Positions 43,838 through 51,631 of a DNA stretch of 64,000 bases are shown here, piece after piece. Each line of letters opens with the position of its first letter. The stretch's first letter is position 1. The position numbers and the translations under genes were made by a program. The stretch covers positions 73,473-137,472 of the forward strand of contig JBMOPW010000002.1 in NCBI GenBank assembly GCA_049322915.1, written 5' to 3'. The DNA comes from Candidatus Zhuqueibacterota bacterium. Lineage in GTDB: Bacteria > Zhuqueibacterota > Zhuqueibacteria > Thermofontimicrobiales > Thermofontimicrobiaceae. The notes below the pieces were generated by a model that ran no database searches, had not been told where the DNA came from, and saw only the letters and a program-made list of their open reading frames with translations.

Positions 43838-45304
43838 ATGTTTCAGTCTCTGCTTCGGTTGACAAAACATTCAGCAATTTATGGTGTGGGACATGTCCTG
43901 AGCCGATCCGTGGTCATTTTCCTGCTGCCGCTGCATACGAATTTGATCTCCAAACAGGAGTATGGAATTGCCACGCAGCTCTTTGCATTTATGGCCATCG
44001 TGGCTATCATCTATTCCTATGGCATGAACACGGCGTTTCTCCAGTTTTTCATGCTGGAAAAAAAACAAAAGAAGCAGAAGGAAATTTTTTCAACGGCCTA
44101 TTTCGCAACCCTGGCGAGTTCGATTCTGTTCTCCCTGGTCCTTGTGGTCAGCGCCGGTTTTGTCTCCCGCGTGCTTTTTGGTTCGCCGGACTACGCTCAC
44201 CTCATCCGAATCAGCGCCGGTATTCTGTCGCTGGACGCCATGCTGCTGTTGTCGTTCAACGTGCTGCGCGCTCTGGAAAAATCAGTCAACTACGTGGCGA
44301 TTAATCTCATCTCCGTGGTCATTAATGTATTCTTCAATTTCTATTACATCTCCTGGGCCAACGCCGGAGTGACCGGCATTTTCTACGCCAACCTGATCTC
44401 TTCACTGGCCACTTTTTTCATGCTATTCCCGGTCACCTTCAAAAATTTGAACTGGCGTTTCTCCAAAACTCGATTTAAGGACATGGCGCGATTTGGTCTC
44501 CCGTTCATTCCCTCGACCATCTCCATCGCCATGATGTCCGTGATCGACCGGTTTTTCATCAACAAATATATGGGACTCGAAGCGGCCGGCGTGTACGGCG
44601 CCGGCTACAAGCTGGCGCTGATTGTGAACCTGATGGTGACGGCCTTCCGGTTCGCGTGGCAGCCCTTTTTCACATCGATGGCTGACCAGAAAGAAGCCAG
44701 GGAGGTGTTCGCGCGGGTATTCACCTATTTCGCGCTCCTCAGCAGCTACTTCTTTTTACTGTTTCTCATGTTCGTGGATCAGCTTGTTCGATTCAAATTT
44801 TTCGGGTTCACGCTGTTCGGGAAGGAGTTCTGGAACTGCTCAGAAATTGTCCCGGTGATTGTGCTGGCCTATATTTTCTACGGCTTCTACCTGAATTTCA
44901 ATGTCGGCATTTATCTCGAAGAAAAAACCAGGTACCTCATGTACATCAACGCTGCCGGCGCGCTGATCACCATTATCGGCAACGCGCTGCTCATTCCCCC
45001 AATGCAATTGATGGGCGCTGCCTACTCCGCGCTGTTAGCCTATGGCGTAATGATGGCGCTCATCTACGTTGTGGCGCAACGCATCTATTACATCCGGTAC
45101 GAATACGGCCGGCTGCTGCGGATTGTGATTTTGACCGTCTTCATCTTCTTGTTGTATGAAATTTTGGAACTGGAATTTGCCACGCTGGTGAAGATCGGGT
45201 TGCTCGCCGTGTACACGCTGTTCCTTTTCCTGTCCGGATTTTTCGAGAAGCGCGAAATCTCAAAATTCAAATCAATCATGAAAAAATCGTTATGGCAAAA
45301 TTAG
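43838..45304 (+). CDS. Wzx-type polysaccharide flippase
   Basis: KHSAIYG, many TM helices, FGLPFIP, IDRFFI...AGVYGAGYK. Confidence 0.88.
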   Translation: MFQSLLRLTKHSAIYGVGHVLSRSVVIFLLPLHTNLISKQEYGIATQLFAFMAIVAIIYSYGMNTAFLQFFMLEKKQKKQKEIFSTAYFATLASSILFSLVLVVSAGFVSRVLFGSPDYAHLIRISAGILSLDAMLLLSFNVLRALEKSVNYVAINLISVVINVFFNFYYISWANAGVTGIFYANLISSLATFFMLFPVTFKNLNWRFSKTRFKDMARFGLPFIPSTISIAMMSVIDRFFINKYMGLEAAGVYGAGYKLALIVNLMVTAFRFAWQPFFTSMADQKEAREVFARVFTYFALLSSYFFLLFLMFVDQLVRFKFFGFTLFGKEFWNCSEIVPVIVLAYIFYGFYLNFNVGIYLEEKTRYLMYINAAGALITIIGNALLIPPMQLMGAAYSALLAYGVMMALIYVVAQRIYYIRYEYGRLLRIVILTVFIFLLYEILELEFATLVKIGLLAVYTLFLFLSGFFEKREISKFKSIMKKSLWQN

Positions 45305-46722
45305 TTCTGGTGAATTACTGGTCTCCCGGCATTGGCAATAATAAACCGCCGCTGGGCCTGTGCTATCTGGCGTCCTATCTGCAGACGTATCTTGACTTTC
45401 ACGACATTGTCATCATCAACAGCGGAGACGCTGTCTTCGAAAAAATCCGGGATGCACGGCCGGAAATTGTGGGCTTCACCGCTTACACTGCCGGGTATTA
45501 CGACGTGCTCGATCTCATGAAACGAGTGAAAACGGAACTGGCTGTGCCGGTGCTGGTCGGCGGGCCGCACATCACCTGTTTGCCGCACAAACTATCGGAG
45601 GATGCGGACATCGGCTTTGTCGGCGAGGGCGAGCAGACGCTCCTCGAAGTGATGCGGCTGTATCTCGCTACCGGCCAACTTGCGCCCGGCCAATTGAGCG
45701 CCATCCCCGGCCTGGTCTTTCGCGAGAATGGGACATTGAAATTCTCCGAACCGCGGGCGCTCATCAATCCCATCGACCAGATTCCCATGCCGGCGCGCGA
45801 GTTCATCGACATGGACGAATTTCTCAAGCCCAGTCAGATACTGATGAACAATGAATACCTGCGCGGCACAACCATGCTCACCTCGCGGGGCTGCCCGTTC
45901 AAATGCATTTACTGCCATGTCTCGGCCAAGTGGGGTCGGCCGCGATTGCATTCCCCTGCCTATGTGGTGAACGAGATCGAACATCTGGCCTCCCGTTACC
46001 AGGTGGAAGCCATCACCATGAGCGACGACCTGTTCGTCAGCAACATTCAGCGCATCGAACAGATCATCGAAGGGATGGCGCAGCGCCATTTGCTGGGCAA
46101 GGTGCGATTCATGGTGGATCTGCGCGCGAATATGGTCAATGATCGGCTGGTGCTGCTGCTGAAAAAGATGGGCGTGGCCAAAGTGGCGCTGGGGCTGGAG
46201 TCCGGCTCGGATCGCATCTTGCAGTATCTCAAAGGCGCGAATGTGACCGTCGAAAAAAATCGGACCGCGGTTCGCATTCTCAACAAGCACGGCATCGGCG
46301 CGTACTGTTGCTTCATGATCGGCGCGCCGCCGGAGACGCGCGGGGATATCGACAAAACGCGGGATTTGATTCGGGAGATTCTGGACATGGACACCGCCAA
46401 TTTCTGCCAGTTGACCGTGACCACGCCGCTGCCCGGCACCAAGCTCTGGGACTATGCCCTGTCGAAAAAGTACATCACTGAAGATGTCGACTGGCGGCAG
46501 TTCGGCCTCAGTCCGCTCACCAGCAATCGCTCTGATTTCTACATTAACGAGCACATTGAATTTGGCGAATTTCAGAAAATTGCCCGGACCACCTATTCGC
46601 TGTGCAATAGCCGGCGGATCAAATCCATTTTTTCCAAGTTCACCTGGCGCTATGTGGTTAAGATATTCAAACAACCCACATTGGCCTATCAAATTCTTCG
46701 GGACTATCTGAAAAATCGGTGA
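45292..46722 (+). CDS. B12-binding radical SAM protein (class B methyltransferase-like)
   Basis: PPLGLCYLA, VGGPH, GEGE; TSRGCPFKCIYC; GLESGS; TPLPGT. Confidence 0.9.
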   Translation: MAKLVLVNYWSPGIGNNKPPLGLCYLASYLQTYLDFHDIVIINSGDAVFEKIRDARPEIVGFTAYTAGYYDVLDLMKRVKTELAVPVLVGGPHITCLPHKLSEDADIGFVGEGEQTLLEVMRLYLATGQLAPGQLSAIPGLVFRENGTLKFSEPRALINPIDQIPMPAREFIDMDEFLKPSQILMNNEYLRGTTMLTSRGCPFKCIYCHVSAKWGRPRLHSPAYVVNEIEHLASRYQVEAITMSDDLFVSNIQRIEQIIEGMAQRHLLGKVRFMVDLRANMVNDRLVLLLKKMGVAKVALGLESGSDRILQYLKGANVTVEKNRTAVRILNKHGIGAYCCFMIGAPPETRGDIDKTRDLIREILDMDTANFCQLTVTTPLPGTKLWDYALSKKYITEDVDWRQFGLSPLTSNRSDFYINEHIEFGEFQKIARTTYSLCNSRRIKSIFSKFTWRYVVKIFKQPTLAYQILRDYLKNR

Positions 46723-46723
46723 T

Positions 46724-47932
46724 ATGCAGCGCGTGATACTTCACATCGACATGGACGCTTTTTTCGCGGCCATCGAGGAGCTGGACAATCCGGCCATTCG
46801 CGGCAAACCGGTGGTCGTCGGCGCGGATCCCAAATCAGGGAAAGGTCGGGGCGTGGTTTCGACCTGCAATTACGAAGCCCGAAAATACGGCATTCACTCG
46901 GCTATGCCCATTTCCCATGCCTACAAGCGCTGCCCGTTCGCCGTGTTCGTGCCGCCCCGCGGCCGGCGCTATTCGGAAATCTCAGGCAAAATATTTCGCA
47001 TCTTCTACGACTTCACGCCCCGCGTGGAACCCATCAGCGTGGACGAGGCATTTCTGGACGTCTCCGGCTGCATCCGGCTGCTGGGTTCGCCCCGTTCCAT
47101 TGCCCTGGCCATCAAAAAGCGCATCTTCGAAGAACTGCACCTCACGGCCTCCGTGGGCATTGCGCCCAATAAATTCATCGCGAAAATTGCATCGGATCTG
47201 AAAAAGCCGGACGGACTGGTGGAAGTGCTGCCGGATGAAATCCTCACCTTTTTGTGGCCGCTGCCCATCTCGAAAATGTGGGGCGTGGGCAAAAAAAGCG
47301 AAACGCGGCTTCATGCCCTGGGCATTCACACCATCGGCGATCTGGCCAGGCTGAACCAGGACGCCGCGGTGAAAAAGCTGGGCAAGGCGGGACTGCATTT
47401 CTGGAGTCTGGCCCACGGCATCGACGACCGCGACGTGGAGGCTTACGCCGGCGCCAAGTCGGTCAGTCTCGAAAACACCTTCGAGGAGGACGTGGCCGAT
47501 GAGGCGGTGTTGCGCCAGACCATCTCGTCCCTGTCGGACAATGTCAGCCGAATCCTGCGCAAGAAGAACTACAAAGGCAAGACCATCACGCTGAAAATTC
47601 GCCTCGAGGATTTTTCGACCTTCACCCGCGCCCATAGCTATCACGAGTGCATCGATTCATCCAAAATTATCTGTCAGACCTGTCTCGACCTGTTCGACGC
47701 GTTCGAGCGGATGGGGAAGAAGGTGCGGCTGCTGGGCGTTGCGGTCTCCAACCTCAACTCACTGCCCGGGGAACAGTTGGGATTTTTTCAGGCCGAAGAC
47801 CAGTCCGGGCAGAAAATCGATCACGTCATCGATCTGATTCAGAGCAAGTTCGGCCCGGATTTGATTAAAAAGGCGAGCCTACTGGACAAACACTCCCGGC
47901 GGCTCAGCCAGTCCGACGACGAGGAGATGTGA
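46724..47932 (+). CDS. dinB: DNA polymerase IV
   Basis: HIDMDAFFA, NYEARKYGIHSAM, SVDEAFLD, AKIASDLKKPDG, VRLLGV. Confidence 0.96.
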   Translation: MQRVILHIDMDAFFAAIEELDNPAIRGKPVVVGADPKSGKGRGVVSTCNYEARKYGIHSAMPISHAYKRCPFAVFVPPRGRRYSEISGKIFRIFYDFTPRVEPISVDEAFLDVSGCIRLLGSPRSIALAIKKRIFEELHLTASVGIAPNKFIAKIASDLKKPDGLVEVLPDEILTFLWPLPISKMWGVGKKSETRLHALGIHTIGDLARLNQDAAVKKLGKAGLHFWSLAHGIDDRDVEAYAGAKSVSLENTFEEDVADEAVLRQTISSLSDNVSRILRKKNYKGKTITLKIRLEDFSTFTRAHSYHECIDSSKIICQTCLDLFDAFERMGKKVRLLGVAVSNLNSLPGEQLGFFQAEDQSGQKIDHVIDLIQSKFGPDLIKKASLLDKHSRRLSQSDDEEM

Positions 47933-47946
47933 CGTCGTATTTTTGC

Positions 47947-47975
47947 TTGATTTTTTTCATTGAATAGCATATCTT
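47947..47975 (+). promoter_or_regulatory. Putative sigma70 promoter
   Basis: TTGATT-N17-TATCTT. Confidence 0.4.
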
Positions 47976-48187
47976 ATCACCGTTCACTCGTGACGCTACT
48001 TTTACGTTCGCTAAATTTTAGCGAAGTAAACTTCCAAACAAGACATAGAACACGGATGACGCGGATAACGCGGATGTCCACGGATTTGAATTTATTTCAA
48101 ATTTAAACAAAGAAAGTGTAAGATGTTTTGATAAAAGATTCCGTATCCGCTCAATAAAATATGGTATTTTAAAAATGTAAAAGCACC

Positions 48188-48247
48188 TGCAGTGCAATCC
48201 CTTTATGGATTGCAGTGTGCGACAGCGCATAAAGGCGCTGTACTCCA
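48188..48247. repeat. REP-like inverted doublet (REPIN-like)
   Basis: Hairpins tgcaatcc-CTTTAT-ggattgca and acagcgc-ATAAAG-gcgctgt; same architecture at 55272-55332. Confidence 0.65.
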
Positions 48248-48427
48248 TTCACATTGCCATATTTAAAATCTACTTCCATAAGTTGTTATTGAGTGGATAC
48301 AAGATTCTTTTAAGATTTAAAGATGACCTTTCTTTGATTCGTCAAATCATTTTTCCTCAATAAAATCGTGAACAAAATTCACGGTTTTGGAGAAGTAAGA
48401 ATCTAGACACAAAAATTCGGAGTAACG

Positions 48428-48802
48428 ATGTCAGGACGATTTTCAGATATCCTGTTCTGGCTGCTTATGATTCTGATCATTGTCGTCGCCATCTGGTTTG
48501 CACAACTGCCTCCCCGTCCGGTTCCGATCGCGAAACTCGAGACGCTTGAAAATCTTCGTCCGTTGGAAAATGACAATTCTTCAAATTCACGTGACGGCTT
48601 TCTGGAAATTATTTCTGCGCCCAAAGCCGATACCCTGTACGTGGACAGCCTCAAATTTTCACAGGGCACGCCCCATGCCGGCTCGTTTCCGGCCGGCGAG
48701 CATCGCATTAAATGCATTTATGTGGCGCGGAATAGAACCTGGGAGTCAACGGTGACGCTGCTGCCGGACGAGCGAAAGACCATCCATATTGTGCTGGAGT
48801 GA
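48428..48802 (+). CDS. Small membrane-anchored protein with a PEGA-like domain
   Basis: N-terminal TM; LEIISAPKADTLYVD...GTP...PAGEHRI. Confidence 0.6.
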   Translation: MSGRFSDILFWLLMILIIVVAIWFAQLPPRPVPIAKLETLENLRPLENDNSSNSRDGFLEIISAPKADTLYVDSLKFSQGTPHAGSFPAGEHRIKCIYVARNRTWESTVTLLPDERKTIHIVLE

Positions 48803-48955
48803 GTGGTTGGAATATAAGATAAAGCAAGGACAGGTAATATGGCTACAGGGCGGAGCAATCAACTCATTCGTGTCTGTCCGAAAACTGCTAATATTGACCT
48901 CACCCCAACCCTGTCCTAAAAGGCTAATCCTTACCCATACGTTGGGGGATATTAA

Positions 48956-49220
48956 CCCTACAACGTCATTTAGCCTGCATTATTCATAGTATTTTTAGAG
49001 GAGGCTGGCTAACCTGAATGGTGCTCTTTTTGGAATAAACGTATAAAAACTGAGTTTCAAAATAGCTTAGCCTTTAGCTAATTGAAAATCTCAATGTTGA
49101 CTCAAATTCTGAGCAAGTTCATGAATAATTCAGGTTAGTAAATTTATCACGATATGTTGAGTTTTTCATCTATCAAAAATACAATATACAACGATAAAAA
49201 ATCTATGTGACGTAGTAGGG
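48956..49220. mobile_element. Small TIR element flanked by TTAA, interrupted by the 161-bp MITE
   Basis: ttaa-CCCTACAACGTCA ... TGACGTAGTAGGG-ttaa (12/13 inverted match). Confidence 0.7.
48974..49134. mobile_element. 161-bp MITE, copy 2
   Basis: Same TIRs and TTAG flanks as 6030-6190; same length, few substitutions. Confidence 0.85.
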
Positions 49221-49753
49221 TTAACAAAACAAATGAAACGCAGCGGTCGCGAAGGGCGCAGAGAAAAGACCAGTGTTGAATTGGCCTGAGTGATTGTAAA
49301 ATTTTCAATCAAACAATGAAAATCATGTTCACCACTAGTAATAGAAGACCAAAATAACCAGGAGAAAACCTGGTTTCATAAGTTTGCAAGCAGCTTTTTT
49401 TCAATAACAATATGCTGTGCACCTCTGCGGTCTCTGCGACCTCTGCGTTAGAAAAGATATGAGTCAGGGTAAGCCTAACAGGCGAGGGAGAATAGATGTT
49501 CCCCTTCTTGCCCGCAGGGTAAGAAGCAGTTTGGGGGATGATGTCTGACGGAATGAGGTTTGAAAATATCAACTGTATAACTAAATTAGGTGTTTTCGGA
49601 CAGACACTAATTGAACAGATTGGTTAAACAATTACGCTGTTTTTATTTTACTTTCCTGGCGGCTTCGTGGCGTAACGAAGACTGTTCAGCGGTGACGCGG
49701 GGCAGCCGCCAATCGATGCCGCATCACGATCAACATGGTACTATGAGGAAATT

Positions 49754-50323
49754 ATGCTGAAAGAATTGATCCGGAAGAACCGAAGCTACCGGCGCTTCGA
49801 TGAGAGCCATGCCATTGAACTGGCCACGCTGCGCGACCTGGTGGATCTGGCGCGTCTCGCTCCGTCCGGGGCGAACATGCAGCCGTTGAAATACATGCTG
49901 TCCAACGAGCCGCAGAAGAACGCCCTGATTTTTGAGACGCTGGCCTGGGCCGGCTATCTGAAGGACTGGCCCGGCCCCGTCGCCGGCGAGCGGCCGGCGG
50001 CGTATATCATTGTGCTGCAGGACGAGCGCATCAAACAGGAAGTGGTGATCGACCACGGCTTTGCTGTCCAGAATATCCTTCTCGGCGCAGTGGAACAGGG
50101 ACTGGGCGGCTGCGTCATTGCCTCGGTGCAGCGGGAGGTACTGCGGAAGTCGCTGCAAATCCCGGACTCGCTCCGCATCCTGCTCGTCATTGCGCTGGGT
50201 CGGCCGGTCGAGACCGTGGTGATCGACGACGCAGAACCGGGGCAGAGCATCCAGTACTGGCGCGAAGCGGACGGCGTCCATCATGTCCCCAAACGCCGGC
50301 TGGATCACATCATCATGGGCTGA
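49754..50323 (+). CDS. Nitroreductase family protein
   Basis: RSYRRF, ARLAPSGANMQP, QNILLGAVEQGLGGC, VPKR. Confidence 0.92.
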   Translation: MLKELIRKNRSYRRFDESHAIELATLRDLVDLARLAPSGANMQPLKYMLSNEPQKNALIFETLAWAGYLKDWPGPVAGERPAAYIIVLQDERIKQEVVIDHGFAVQNILLGAVEQGLGGCVIASVQREVLRKSLQIPDSLRILLVIALGRPVETVVIDDAEPGQSIQYWREADGVHHVPKRRLDHIIMG

Positions 50324-50394
50324 GGCTCGCGTCACCCCATCTTTCCATTGGTTCATTCAACTTACAAAACCATTTAACTCAGGGAGAGTGACTC

Positions 50395-51267
50395 ATGAAA
50401 AAAGCGCTGTGCGTTGGAATTAACGATTACCCCGGCACATCCAATGATCTCAAAGGATGCGTCAACGACGCCGCTGACTGGGGCGCGCTGCTCCGCGAAT
50501 ACGGCTACACTGTGGAGACCCTGGTCGATGCCCGGGGCACGCGGGACAATATTCTGGCGGGATTGGCGGATCTGGTCAGCCAGGCCGGGCCGGACGATGT
50601 GGTTGTCTTCACTTATTCCGGACACGGCACATCGGTGTACGACGCCGATGGCGACGAAGGCGATGGCTACGACGAGGCGTTGTACGTGTACGACGGGGTG
50701 TTGAAGGACGATGAATTGCGGACGGTCATTGCCGGGCTGAATCCGGAGGCGTCGCTCATCGTCATCAGCGACAGTTGTTACAGCGGAACCGTGACGCGCG
50801 TGCTGAGCCAGGGCGCGCCACGTTACATGCCGTCGGGCAGAGCGCTGGCCGGCCCGGTGCGCCAGCGCGTGCTGTACCCGGAAGCCGGCATGAACGAGAT
50901 TTTGATCTCCGGCTGCAACGACAGCGAGTATTCCTACGATGCGCTCCTGAACGGCCGCTGGAATGGCGCCATGACCCGCTACGCCATTGACACGATTACG
51001 GCCAACCGCACCGCCAGTTACAATGAATTTCATACGGCGCTGCGCCAGTTGCTGCCCTCCCAGGCCTATCCCCAGACCCCGCAACTGGAAGGCAATGAGG
51101 GCCAGAAGACCAGCCGGCTGTTCGAGGCGTTCGAACCGGCCTCGGATGAAGAGCCCCAGCCGGACCCTGAGCCGGAACCGGATGAGCCGGGCGGTTTAGC
51201 CTGGTACTGGTGGCTGGTCATTGTGGCTGTTGTCGCCGCCATTCTCTACCTGATCTTTGGCAGATGA
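50395..51267 (+). CDS. Caspase-family (peptidase C14, metacaspase-like) protein with a C-terminal TM anchor
   Basis: KALCVGINDY...LKGCVNDA; YSGHG (His) and SDSCYSG (Cys) dyad; QTPQL; Pro/acidic linker then LAWYWWLVIVAVVAAILYLIF. Confidence 0.92.
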   Translation: MKKALCVGINDYPGTSNDLKGCVNDAADWGALLREYGYTVETLVDARGTRDNILAGLADLVSQAGPDDVVVFTYSGHGTSVYDADGDEGDGYDEALYVYDGVLKDDELRTVIAGLNPEASLIVISDSCYSGTVTRVLSQGAPRYMPSGRALAGPVRQRVLYPEAGMNEILISGCNDSEYSYDALLNGRWNGAMTRYAIDTITANRTASYNEFHTALRQLLPSQAYPQTPQLEGNEGQKTSRLFEAFEPASDEEPQPDPEPEPDEPGGLAWYWWLVIVAVVAAILYLIFGR

Positions 51268-51270
51268 GGC

Positions 51271-51354
51271 GGGTTCGGGGTTCAGGGTTCGGGGTTCTGG
51301 GTTCAAGGTTCTGGGTTTAGGGTTCTGGGTTCAAGGTTCAGAGTTCAGGGTTCA
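51271..51354 (+). repeat. 12 x 7-bp tandem repeat (GGGTTCN) with an inverted counterpart at 51577-51632
   Basis: gggttcg gggttca gggttcg gggttct ...; opposite arm built from tgaaccgg/gaaccc units. Confidence 0.9.
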
Positions 51355-51485
51355 TGATCGCGCTGGATATTTATCCAGCGCGGGAAATAAATTGGAACGT
51401 CTGTTCCGGAATAGATGCATCGTTCGGGATGAACATCCCGAACGATCTGTAATCAGTTAACCAACCGACGAACCCGGGCTTCAGC
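51354..51485. repeat. Hairpin-rich repeat block, repeated in direct orientation at 55174-55475
   Basis: 51354-51407 matches 55174-55227 (51/54) and 55422-55475; cgggatgaacatcccgaac and ccgacgaacccgggcttcagc are also shared. Confidence 0.85.
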
Positions 51486-51631
51486 TAAAAGTGAAGGTAA
51501 TGGCAGCGCTTATCATCAGATGTTAATGACCTTGCGCTCATTCTATTTCTTCAAATTGTTTGTTCTTTTCTTTGGTAACCCCTGAACCGGGAACCCCTGA
51601 ACCGGAAACCTTTGAACCGGGAACCTTGAAC

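Larger units (their letters stand above)
48870..49607. mobile_element. Non-coding element bounded by perfect 16-bp TIRs (IS remnant/MITE) containing nested elements
   Basis: GTGTCTGTCCGAAAAC (48870-48885) and GTTTTCGGACAGACAC (49592-49607); no transposase ORF inside. Confidence 0.75.
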
